DNA of 64,000 bases from Planctomycetota bacterium (GTDB lineage Bacteria; Planctomycetota; UBA1135; UBA2386): assembly GCA_947501605.1 (NCBI GenBank), contig CANMWZ010000007.1, positions 32,001 through 96,000 on the forward strand, read 5' to 3'. The notes beneath the pieces were generated by a model, which was not told where the DNA came from, ran no database searches, and was given only the letters and a program-made list of their open reading frames with translations. Position numbers and translations under genes: made by a program. Each line of letters begins with the position of its first letter. Position 1 is the stretch's first letter. Of the stretch, positions 39,655-48,658 are shown piece after piece.

Positions 39655-40788
39655 ATGCTGAAGATGACTCTCGTTGTGTCCGCGATCCTCACGTCGTGCA
39701 CGTTTGCCTCGGCGCAAGTACTCGTCGCCATCGATAGCGGTCGTGCAATCTCGCGCATCGATCCGATCACGGGTGCGAAGACCGTGTTCAAGAATGCGAC
39801 TGCGAACGCGGGCACTACTGCGGGTCTCGCCGTCGATCTTGCGACCAACGTCCTCTACCTGGCGTCCTCGAGTACCGACTCGCTCTACACGCTCGACGTC
39901 AACACCGGCAACGCAACCTTGGTCGGCCCATTTGGTGACGCCACGATCGTCATGCACGGACTCGAGATCGACGCCAGCACGGGCACGCTCTACGGGGCCT
40001 CGGGCGGTGGTAGCAACTTCAACCTCTACACGATCAGCAAAGTCACCGGCGCGGCGACGCTGGTCGGTCCGCTCGGCCTGTCGAGCTTCACCAACCTCTG
40101 CTACGACCTCACCTCCAACACGATGTATGCGACCAACAGCAACACCGACAGTTGGTACATGGTCAACCTCGCGACTGGGGCTGCGACACTGATTGGTCCT
40201 TTGAGTGGCCCGACCAATCCAAACGGGCTCGCCTACGATCTGGCGTCGAACACGATCTACCTCGTCGACAACAACACCGACAGCCTCTACACGGTCAACC
40301 GCGCGACTGGCAGCGCCACTCTCGTCGGCCCAACCGGCGCCGGCAACTTGCTCGGCCTCGTATCGATGCCGCACACCGGCACCTACTCGGTCTTTGGCAG
40401 CGGCTGCGCTGGTACCTTGGGTGTCCCCGTCAATCTCGGGGTCGTGCCGCCGGCTGCTGGCGAGACCATGGTGGCGAACTTCGGCAACCTGCCGTTCGAC
40501 ATCGCGGTGGTGATGCTGGGCTTCAGCAACACCACAGCGACCGGCTTTGGCCCGCTGCCGATCGACCTCGGCGTCCTTGGTGCGCCCGGGTGCTCTGGCC
40601 GCGTCAGTCCGGACCAGTCGTTCTTCGTCGTCGGTACGGCGGGCACCGCGGCATTCGTGCTGCCGATTCCCAATGATCCAGCGGTCTTCGTTGGCGTCGA
40701 CTTCTACACGCAGGCGCTGGTGTTCGATTCGGTCAACGCCTTTGGTTTCACCCTATCGGACGCCGCGGGCGCGCGAATCGGAATCTGA
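39655..40788 (+). CDS. Secreted beta-propeller repeat protein with conserved C-terminal domain
   Basis: Signal peptide (ASA-QV); repeats LY..D/N..TG.ATLVGP; C-terminal FGSGC...PLPIDL..LGAPGC...IPNDP..VG..TQA...NAFG..SD..RIGI. Confidence 0.85.
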   Translation: MLKMTLVVSAILTSCTFASAQVLVAIDSGRAISRIDPITGAKTVFKNATANAGTTAGLAVDLATNVLYLASSSTDSLYTLDVNTGNATLVGPFGDATIVMHGLEIDASTGTLYGASGGGSNFNLYTISKVTGAATLVGPLGLSSFTNLCYDLTSNTMYATNSNTDSWYMVNLATGAATLIGPLSGPTNPNGLAYDLASNTIYLVDNNTDSLYTVNRATGSATLVGPTGAGNLLGLVSMPHTGTYSVFGSGCAGTLGVPVNLGVVPPAAGETMVANFGNLPFDIAVVMLGFSNTTATGFGPLPIDLGVLGAPGCSGRVSPDQSFFVVGTAGTAAFVLPIPNDPAVFVGVDFYTQALVFDSVNAFGFTLSDAAGARIGI

Positions 40789-40801
40789 ACAGCGGGCGGA
40801 G

Positions 40802-41875
40802 CTACTGGCCAGCGTTGGCGGTCGTGGCGAAGAAGGCTCCGGCCATGCCTTCGAGTCCGTCGGCGACGAGGTGGGCGAGGCGCGGATCGAAGTGCTTGCC
40901 GGCCTCTTGCCGAAACAGTGCGACGATCTTCTCGACCGGCCACGCGGGCTTGTACGAACGCTGCTCGGCGAGCGCGTCGTAGACCTCGGCCAGGATCAGG
41001 ATGCGGCCGGGCAACTCGACGTCTTCGCCCGCGAGTCCCTCGGGGTAGCCCTTGCCGTCCCAGCGCTCGTGATGCTGGTAGACCCAGGTGCGCACCTTCT
41101 TGTGCTCTTGCAACGGCGCCAGGATCTCGAAGCCCATCTGCGGGTGGCGCTGGATGACCTCGCGTTCGTCCTGGGTCAGAGCGCCGGGCTTGCAGAGGAT
41201 TGCGTCCGGGATGCCGATCTTGCCGACATCGTGCAACAACGCGGCGAGGCGCAGTTCGCGGCGGTCGAGCTCGCTGACCGAGCAGCGCTGCGCGAGCACG
41301 TCCGCGTAGTTGACGACGCGCTCGGCGTGGCCGCTGGTCGTCGGGTCCTTGGCTTCGATGGCGCGGGGAAGCACCGAGGCGAGTACGCGGTTCTGGGCTT
41401 CCAGTTCTTCGTTGCGTGTCCGTAGTACGTGGTCGCGGACCGTGCGTCGGCAGGTGTTGACCAACAGGGCTGGGTCGACTGGCTTGGCGACGATTTCCGC
41501 GACCCGGCTCTTCAGCGCCTCGGCAGCGCCAGTGAAGGTCGGTCGACCAGTCAGCAGGATCACCGGTACTCGCGGCGTGCACTGGCTTGCGAGTTCCGCC
41601 AGCCGGTAGGCGAGATCGGAGCCGAGGTAGAGGTCGCTCAGCACCAGGTCGAACTGGCTCTGCATCAGCGTTGCCATGCCCTCCTGGAGGCTGCTGCGGG
41701 CTTCGACCTGGTAGCCGGCGCGCTCGAGGGTGACGCCGAGGAATGCCAGCACCGAGGGTTCGTCGTCGACCACCAGAACCCGCGGTCGCCGTTGCAGGGT
41801 GGCGTTGAGACTCGGTTCGGGCGGCACCTCCGCGGGGGTGCCGGAACGCGGCGCACTAGGAGGGACTCGTTGCAT
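40802..41875 (-). CDS. Response regulator with HD-GYP phosphodiesterase domain
   Basis: REC domain VLVVDDE...SDL...KP; EAKD.TT.GH, LLHDVGKIG, HHERWDGKGYP. Start uncertain (41875 or 41917). Confidence 0.92.
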   Translation of the reverse strand: MQRVPPSAPRSGTPAEVPPEPSLNATLQRRPRVLVVDDEPSVLAFLGVTLERAGYQVEARSSLQEGMATLMQSQFDLVLSDLYLGSDLAYRLAELASQCTPRVPVILLTGRPTFTGAAEALKSRVAEIVAKPVDPALLVNTCRRTVRDHVLRTRNEELEAQNRVLASVLPRAIEAKDPTTSGHAERVVNYADVLAQRCSVSELDRRELRLAALLHDVGKIGIPDAILCKPGALTQDEREVIQRHPQMGFEILAPLQEHKKVRTWVYQHHERWDGKGYPEGLAGEDVELPGRILILAEVYDALAEQRSYKPAWPVEKIVALFRQEAGKHFDPRLAHLVADGLEGMAGAFFATTANAGQ

Positions 41876-42058
41876 GGGGGATTCGCTTTGCGTCGAACGG
41901 GGAGACGAAACCGCCATGCGCCCAGCCGAGCCACTGTTTTCCCCAGTATTCCACAACTCATTGCCCAATGTCCTCCAGAGATTTAGGGTGGCAGTCTTGA
42001 TTCTCTTCCACAGCCCTGCTCAGTGCTCCGTCCCGCCGCCCGTGGGCGACTCCGCCGT

Positions 42059-43030
42059 ATGACTTCGCTGATCCGCAATGTGACTGTGGCCGACCAGGGC
42101 CTTCGCCTCGACCAGTTCCTCGCCCGCCAGCCGGAGGTCAAGTCGCGGTCGCGCGCCAAGGACCTGCTCGACGCCGGCAAGGTGGAGGTCAAAGGCCAGA
42201 GGGTGCGCGCCGGGCTCGAACTGCAGGCCGGGCTCGTCGTGCATTTCGACCCCAGCGGATTGCCATCGCTCGACCGGTTTGCCGGCGGCGGCGACATCCC
42301 GCCGCCGGTGTTGTCCGTGCTGCATGTCGATGACTGGATCGTGGTCATCGACAAGCCTGCGGGTCTCGTCAGTCATCCGCCCGAAGGCCGGTCGTTTGCC
42401 GGTCACTCGGTCGCCAGTGCGGCGCAGGCGCAGTTTGGCGTGATGCCGAGCCTTGGCGGCGAGGATCGACCTGGCGTGGTGCACCGCCTCGACCGGGAGA
42501 CCTCCGGTGTGATGCTGCTGGCCCGGACCGAGGCTTCCTTCCACGCGCTGCGCGAACAGTGGCAGGCGCGTGCCGTCGAAAAGGAGTATCGCTGCATCAG
42601 CTTTGGCGCGAGTCGCTTCGATACCGACTGGATCGAGCGCCAGATCGCCACGGACCCGCGCCATCCGGAGCGCATGACGGTCGTCGAGACCGGCGGCCGA
42701 GAGTCCTCGACCTACTACGAAACCGTCGAGCGCTTCGCGGACTTCACGCACTTCCGCTGTTTGCCGAAGACGGGTCGAACGCATCAGATTCGCGTGCACA
42801 TGACGTCGATCGGGCATTCGCTCGTCGGCGATCGCACCTACCGCAGTCGTCGTGCGCAGCAAGAGAAGTGGCCCGAGACGGCGCCGCTCATGGAACGCCA
42901 CGCGCTCCATGCAATCCGATTGCGCATCGAGCACCCGGGGACCGGCGTCGCGATGGAGTTCGCAGCGCCGATGCCTGCCGACATGCAAACGGCGCTCGCG
43001 TGGTTGCGGCAGAACAACAAGCCGAAGTGA
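42059..43030 (+). CDS. rluD: RluA-family pseudouridine synthase with S4 domain (RluD-like)
   Basis: RLDQFL, IDKPAGL, RPGVVHRLDRETSG, TGRTHQIRVH, ALHA. Confidence 0.9.
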   Translation: MTSLIRNVTVADQGLRLDQFLARQPEVKSRSRAKDLLDAGKVEVKGQRVRAGLELQAGLVVHFDPSGLPSLDRFAGGGDIPPPVLSVLHVDDWIVVIDKPAGLVSHPPEGRSFAGHSVASAAQAQFGVMPSLGGEDRPGVVHRLDRETSGVMLLARTEASFHALREQWQARAVEKEYRCISFGASRFDTDWIERQIATDPRHPERMTVVETGGRESSTYYETVERFADFTHFRCLPKTGRTHQIRVHMTSIGHSLVGDRTYRSRRAQQEKWPETAPLMERHALHAIRLRIEHPGTGVAMEFAAPMPADMQTALAWLRQNNKPK

Positions 43031-43123
43031 GCGCGCGAGCAGGCGCAGCGGGTCGTGGATGCCCGACGATTGCCAAACGGCGAGCGCCGCGGTTCGCTTG
43101 CACCTTCGAATGAAGGGACTCGC

Positions 43124-46100
43124 ATGAACCGCCCCCTCGCACGCTGCCTTGGCTTCGCGTTGGCCAGCACTGTTGCTCTCACGGCCCAGTTGCCGCCCGG
43201 TGTGGCGCCGCCCAGCGCCGCCGATGCGCTCGACGCCACCCCGACGAAAGGCGGACCAGCCGACACGCGGTGGCGGATGGGGCAGGAGGCCCTCGCGCGC
43301 GGCGATCGCGCCGCGGCGATCACGCACCTGTTGTCGGCGCTGTCGTTCCATCCGGCCTCCGCGCCTGTGCTGCTCGATCTTGTGCGTGCTGCCGAGGGCG
43401 ACGACGCGCGGGGCTACTGGTTGAAGATGTGGGCTGCAGCCGCCACCGACGTGCGCGGGCACGCCGAACTGGAGGCCGCAGCCAAGAAGGGTCTGCCGGC
43501 GAGCCAACTCGTGCCGCTGCAGAAGCTGGCGATGCTGCGCATGCAGGCGGCCACCGAGTTGGTCAAGGCGCTGGATCGCTACAGATCAGGTGGCAAAGGC
43601 GCGCTCGGCAACGGCGTTGCTGCAAGGTGGTGTGCCACGCTGTTCGTCGAACTGACGACGCAATCCCCAGCGCTGCTGCGCGCGCACGGTGAGATGGTGA
43701 CGAAGGCGCTTGCGAGCCACGGCCCCGACGTCGATGGGGTCTGTCGCGCCCTGCTCCAGGTAGCCGAGGGTTCGTTCGGGAGCGGTGCTGCGACCGCGGG
43801 CGATCCGGCAGCGGCGGCATTGCAGCGCAGCGATTTGCAGCTCCGCGCCGCGCGCATCTTGCAAGGGCTCGCGCGCCAGGCTGGTTATGGCAAGGACCTC
43901 TACGGCGATGCGCCTCCTGACCTCGCGAGCACTGCGCAGGCCGCCGCGGCGGCGCGCGATGCTGCAGCAAAGGCGCTGCCGCTGCCGCGGGTTTGGACCA
44001 TCGAGGAGTTGGCCGCTCTCGATGCTGCTGGGCGCGCCGAGTTCACGCTGGCCCATCGGAGTTGGGCAAGCCCTGGTGTGGCGCTGAGTCGGACCGGCAG
44101 GTACCGCATCGAGACGACCTGTGGCGCCGAGACGCTGCTCGGTACTGCGCAGCAGGTCGAACTGCACCACGAACGGCTGGCGGTGCACTACGGCAAGGAC
44201 CCGTTCGGCGATCGCCAAGGCACCGTGGTGATCGTGCCCGAAGTGTTCGACATGGAGATCGAGGGGATGCCGTTCTGGTGGGCCGGCGGGTTCCAAGGCG
44301 GGGATCGCACTGTGATCCGCTTCGCCTGGGGTCGCTTGCCCGATCTCGGCCGCACGCTGACGCACGAACTCACCCATCGGTTCGATTCCGTTCTGCGCCC
44401 CTTCCAGCGCGCTTGGTACGGCGAAGGTCACGCGAGCTGGACGGGCGCGCACTACGGCAAGATGGCGGAGACGGACTTCACCGAGGATCATCTCGACCTT
44501 GGTGCGTGCCTGAGCACGTACTCCGCGGGCTACGGCGCCAAGGAGAAGTTCGAGCAGTTGGTGCGCGGCGAACTCGCCGAGTACCGCGACAACTACTTCG
44601 CTGGCTACACCCTCTACGCGTTCTTGCGCGGTTACCCGCCGGACCAGAAGCCCAAGTACCGGCCAGCGCTCGAGGCCTTGGAGAAGAACGCCCGCGCCGG
44701 CCAGAAGGACCCGCTGGGCTACTTCGTCGCGACCGTTTGCGACGGCAAGGACGGACGCGCCGTGGACCTCGACGCGTTCCTGGTCGAATGGAACTCGTTG
44801 CTGGCCGACATCGCTGCGCATCTCGACCCGGAGCGGCGTGGACCGAAGAGCGACTGGGTGGCGAAGTACGGACCGCGAGCGCCGGGCGACACGGCGCCGC
44901 TCGTGCTCGACGAGAACACGTGGTCCTGGGCGCGCTCGCGCGCCGAGCCGTTCTTCGGTCAAGGCCACGCGGGCGCTGCCGGCGACGTGCTGTTCGCCGC
45001 CGGCCATGTGCAAGCGGCCGGCGCTGCCTGGCTGTGGTCGCTGTCGTGTGAAGGTTGGAACGCGGATCGGGCGCAGAAGGCGGTTCGCGCGCTGCTGTCG
45101 TCGTCGCGCCCCGAGCAGGCGGCGGCCCTGCAGGAACTCGCGCACGCACGATTCCCTTTGGTCGTGCAGTCATGGGGTGAAACGCGCGGCGGTGAACCAA
45201 TGCCGATGGTCGCCAAGTTGCCGAAGACGAGGGCGTACCTCGACGCCTTGAAGGCAACGGCGATGGCACTCGACGAACCGCTGGCCGTTCTGCGCGCGTC
45301 GTTGCTCGCCGAGCATCAGCGGCTCGCGGCGTTGTGCGGCGAGGTCGTGTCGGGTGAGCCATCGGCCCTGCCGCCGCCGCCGTTTCCGCGCTCGCTGCTC
45401 GGCTTCGGCATCGTCGATGACCTGCATGTCGACTACGACAAGGACCGGCATCAGGGCCTGTGGTTTGCGACCTCCGAAGGCGATCTGCACGTCGGCCGCG
45501 AGTTGGTGGCCTCGACCACAGGGCTCGAGCGCGCCGCGCCCAGTCGCAACGTGTTCGTGCGGACCGTCGAGTGGTTTCCGCCAGGTGAGCACGTGATCAA
45601 GTTGCGCGTGCACCTGACCACCAGCTACGTCGATGGCGCCATCATCGTCGGCCACTGGCGCCGCGATCGTGGCATTCGCATCGGCTTCTCGGCCGGCGAT
45701 CCGGAGTTCGCTTCGGGCCGCAAGAAGACGAGCATCGAGTGCGATCGCGTCTCCTTGCAGCTCGACGGCAAGTGGGAGCGCGACGGCCAGCTGCCGCGAA
45801 CGACTGCGGTGCCGACGGTGGAGTTTGGCAGCCCGAAGCCGTCGTTCGAGATCGAACTGCGCCTGCGCGGACCCTCGTTGACGGTCGCGGTCGAAGGGCA
45901 GCATCAGTTTCGCTACACGACACACGACGGCGCGCCGATCGAGGGCTACCTCGGGTTTGCCACCAGTCGCGGTGCGTTCCGCGTGCAGTCGCCGACGGTG
46001 CAGCGGCTCGATCTCGCGCAGCCAGGACAAGCGGTGGCCGCGACCGCAGCGATCGGCCTCGACATCAGTGCTCCGAGTGCGTTGGCCGTCGGGGATTTGG

Positions 46101-46501
46101 TGGGACTGCGCGTGAAGGGCATTCCAACCGGCCCGGTTGGAACGCTGGTGCTGTGGCTGCCGCCGGTCGAGGCGGGCGATGAGCTCTCGCGCCGGTTGCC
46201 GCGCGCCCTGTTGGTGCTCGCCCGCCTGCTGCAAGACCAGGTCGAGTTCCCGCAGCCGTGGGTGCTGGCGGTGCCCAAGGGCAGCACCGACAGCGACGTC
46301 GCGACGGTGCATGCCGCGTTGAAGGAGTTCCGCAGCGCGCCCATGGAACGGGTGGAGCACGCCGTCGTGTCGCCGCTGCAAGGCAGCCCGTGGCTGCTGT
46401 TCGTCGACGGCAACGGCGTGCTGCGCGGCGCCAATCAGGTCGGCGATGCCGAGCTGTTCTCGGTCGTGCAGCGGTGGGCACGCATGTTCCGCGCCCGGTG
46501 A
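43124..46501 (+). CDS. Large secreted protein with gluzincin-type zinc-peptidase motif
   Basis: Signal peptide; THELTH followed by AWYGEGHA; later beta-sandwich-like and thioredoxin-like (PWLLFVDGNG) segments. Confidence 0.7.
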   Translation: MNRPLARCLGFALASTVALTAQLPPGVAPPSAADALDATPTKGGPADTRWRMGQEALARGDRAAAITHLLSALSFHPASAPVLLDLVRAAEGDDARGYWLKMWAAAATDVRGHAELEAAAKKGLPASQLVPLQKLAMLRMQAATELVKALDRYRSGGKGALGNGVAARWCATLFVELTTQSPALLRAHGEMVTKALASHGPDVDGVCRALLQVAEGSFGSGAATAGDPAAAALQRSDLQLRAARILQGLARQAGYGKDLYGDAPPDLASTAQAAAAARDAAAKALPLPRVWTIEELAALDAAGRAEFTLAHRSWASPGVALSRTGRYRIETTCGAETLLGTAQQVELHHERLAVHYGKDPFGDRQGTVVIVPEVFDMEIEGMPFWWAGGFQGGDRTVIRFAWGRLPDLGRTLTHELTHRFDSVLRPFQRAWYGEGHASWTGAHYGKMAETDFTEDHLDLGACLSTYSAGYGAKEKFEQLVRGELAEYRDNYFAGYTLYAFLRGYPPDQKPKYRPALEALEKNARAGQKDPLGYFVATVCDGKDGRAVDLDAFLVEWNSLLADIAAHLDPERRGPKSDWVAKYGPRAPGDTAPLVLDENTWSWARSRAEPFFGQGHAGAAGDVLFAAGHVQAAGAAWLWSLSCEGWNADRAQKAVRALLSSSRPEQAAALQELAHARFPLVVQSWGETRGGEPMPMVAKLPKTRAYLDALKATAMALDEPLAVLRASLLAEHQRLAALCGEVVSGEPSALPPPPFPRSLLGFGIVDDLHVDYDKDRHQGLWFATSEGDLHVGRELVASTTGLERAAPSRNVFVRTVEWFPPGEHVIKLRVHLTTSYVDGAIIVGHWRRDRGIRIGFSAGDPEFASGRKKTSIECDRVSLQLDGKWERDGQLPRTTAVPTVEFGSPKPSFEIELRLRGPSLTVAVEGQHQFRYTTHDGAPIEGYLGFATSRGAFRVQSPTVQRLDLAQPGQAVAATAAIGLDISAPSALAVGDLVGLRVKGIPTGPVGTLVLWLPPVEAGDELSRRLPRALLVLARLLQDQVEFPQPWVLAVPKGSTDSDVATVHAALKEFRSAPMERVEHAVVSPLQGSPWLLFVDGNGVLRGANQVGDAELFSVVQRWARMFRAR

Positions 46502-46561
46502 TGGCGGGAGTCTGCGAGCAGAGTCTGGCACGAGACGGTGCCTTCGCCCAACATCTGCCAC

Positions 46562-48658
46562 ATGCAGAGCCGTTACGACGATCGCGAGGCTCGTAAGTTT
46601 GTGCAGCGCTACGCGGCTCACGGCGAGGACCTCGCCTTGCGCGTCTATACCTCGCGACTCATCGGTCGCGACCAGGACCTCGTGTTGCACGGTGGTGGCA
46701 ACACGTCGGTCAAGACGACGCAGAAGGATGCGCTCGGCGCCGCGGTTCGCTGCTTGTGCGTCAAGGGCAGTGGCGCTGACCTGGTCGCCGTCGAGCCGCA
46801 TGGGTTGCCCGCGCTCGAACTGGAGCCACTGCTGTCGCTGCGCGCGCTGCCGTCGATGACCGACGATGTGATGGTCAACGAGTTGCGCCGGCGATTGCTC
46901 GACGTGAACGCACCCAATCCGTCGGTCGAGACGCTGCTGCATGCGTTCTTGCCGCAGCGCTTCGTCGACCACACGCACGCCGATGCCATCCTGCTGCTGA
47001 CGAACCAGCCAGATGGGCAAGCGCTGGTGCGAGAGGCGCTGGGCGAGCAGGTCGCCATTCTGCCGTACATCATGCCGGGCTTTCCGTTGGCGAAGGCGGT
47101 TGCCGACGCATTCGAACGCCAGCCTGACTGCGTCGGCATCGTCTTGTTGCACCACGGCATCTTCACCTTTGGCGATACGGCAAAGCAGAGTTACGAGCGC
47201 ATGATCGCGCTGGTTTCGGCCGCCGAGCGCTTCGCCACGCAGCGCATCGGCGCCGTGCCGGCCATGCTGCGCTCCGAGCCGGCGCCACTCCGTGCCGCCG
47301 AACGGCAGACTGCGCTGCGCGAGTTGCTACCGCGTCTGCGCCACGTGCTGCCGATGGACGCGCGACCGAGCGAAGCGCGATTGCGCGTTGTCGCCAGCGT
47401 GCGCTGCGGCGACGACATGGCGTCGTTCTCGGCTCATCCGGCGGCGCGCGAACTGTGCGCAACCGGGCCGATCACGCCAGATCACGTGATCCGCACGAAG
47501 GGCCGCTACCTGTTCCTCGATCGCGATGCACAGCGCGACCCGGCCCGACTGCAAGACGCGCTGTTGGACTACGTCTGTTGGTACACGAGTTACTTTGAGT
47601 CGGCAGCGCACCCGCTCGGACGCACGGTGATGTTGCACCCGATGCCGCCGGTCGTCGTGGTCGAGGGTTGCGGCGTGATCGGCATGGCCCCCTTGCTCCG
47701 CTCGGCGCAGATTGCCGCCGACATTGCCGAGCACACGCTGAAGGTGTGGGCCCAAGGCCACGCACTCGGGCGCTACGTGCCGCTGTCGCCGCGCGAATTG
47801 GCCGAGATGGAGTACTGGCCGCTCGAACTGGCAAAGCTCGGCAAGCAGAAGGCGCCATCGCTGGCTGGTCAGGTGGCGGTGGTGACCGGCGCCGCGGGCG
47901 CAATCGGTTGCGCAGTCACTGGCGCGCTGCTGCATCAAGGTGCCTGCGTGGTCATGACGGATCGCGACCATGACCGGCTGCAGAAGGCCAGAGAGCGGCA
48001 CGTGGCATACGACGCGCAGATCCGGACCGTCGCGGCGGACCTCGCCGAGCCAAGTGCAGTGACGGCGCTGTTCGACGCCGCCGTGCTCGCGTTTGGCGGC
48101 GTCGATACCGTCGCCGTGTGTCACGGCATTGCCTCGGTCGCGAGATTGGTGGACCTCGCGCCCGAACGCTTCGAGCAGTTGCTGTCGGCCAACGTCACGT
48201 CGACGTTGCACGTGCTCGCCGAATCCGCGCGCGTGCTGAAGGCGCAAGGCACCGGTGGCAACATCGTGCTCCAAGTCAGCAAGAACGCATTCGCGCCGGG
48301 CGCCGGCTTCGGCGGCTATTCCGCCAGCAAGGCCGCGGCGTTGCAGCTCGGTCGCATTGCTGCGCTCGAGTACGCCGAGTTCGGAGTTCGCGTCAACATG
48401 ATCAACGCCGACGCGGTGTTTGGCGACGGCGAGGTGCCGAGTCAGCTCTGGGCCGAGATCGGTCCCGATCGCATGAAGGCGCGCGGACTCGACGCCGACG
48501 GCCTGCGGGCGTTCTATCGCGATCGCAGCCTGTTGAAGCGCACCGTCACGCCGCAGGATGTTGCCGATGCCGTGATCTGGCTCGCGAGCAACGCGCATGC
48601 GACCACGGGCGCCGTGATTCCCGTCGACTCTGGCATTGCCGAGGCCTTCCCGCGATGA
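46562..48658 (+). CDS. Bifunctional class II aldolase / short-chain dehydrogenase (RhaD-SDR type)
   Basis: HGGGNTSVK, PSVETLLH, DHTH, TPDH.IRTK, EYWPLE.AK, TGAAGAIG, YSASK. Confidence 0.92.
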   Translation: MQSRYDDREARKFVQRYAAHGEDLALRVYTSRLIGRDQDLVLHGGGNTSVKTTQKDALGAAVRCLCVKGSGADLVAVEPHGLPALELEPLLSLRALPSMTDDVMVNELRRRLLDVNAPNPSVETLLHAFLPQRFVDHTHADAILLLTNQPDGQALVREALGEQVAILPYIMPGFPLAKAVADAFERQPDCVGIVLLHHGIFTFGDTAKQSYERMIALVSAAERFATQRIGAVPAMLRSEPAPLRAAERQTALRELLPRLRHVLPMDARPSEARLRVVASVRCGDDMASFSAHPAARELCATGPITPDHVIRTKGRYLFLDRDAQRDPARLQDALLDYVCWYTSYFESAAHPLGRTVMLHPMPPVVVVEGCGVIGMAPLLRSAQIAADIAEHTLKVWAQGHALGRYVPLSPRELAEMEYWPLELAKLGKQKAPSLAGQVAVVTGAAGAIGCAVTGALLHQGACVVMTDRDHDRLQKARERHVAYDAQIRTVAADLAEPSAVTALFDAAVLAFGGVDTVAVCHGIASVARLVDLAPERFEQLLSANVTSTLHVLAESARVLKAQGTGGNIVLQVSKNAFAPGAGFGGYSASKAAALQLGRIAALEYAEFGVRVNMINADAVFGDGEVPSQLWAEIGPDRMKARGLDADGLRAFYRDRSLLKRTVTPQDVADAVIWLASNAHATTGAVIPVDSGIAEAFPR

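Noticed and set aside
39780..40340. Repeated ctggtcgg(c/t)cc-like nucleotide motifs about 125-135 bp apart
   Set aside because: They encode the TGxATLVGP beta-propeller blades of the protein and are not a DNA-level array.
41937..42012. Three DnaA-box-like 9-mers (ttttcccca, tattccaca, tcttccaca) in a relatively AT-rich divergent intergenic region
   Set aside because: Each has a mismatch, there is no dnaA/dnaN context and no unwinding element; more simply a promoter region.
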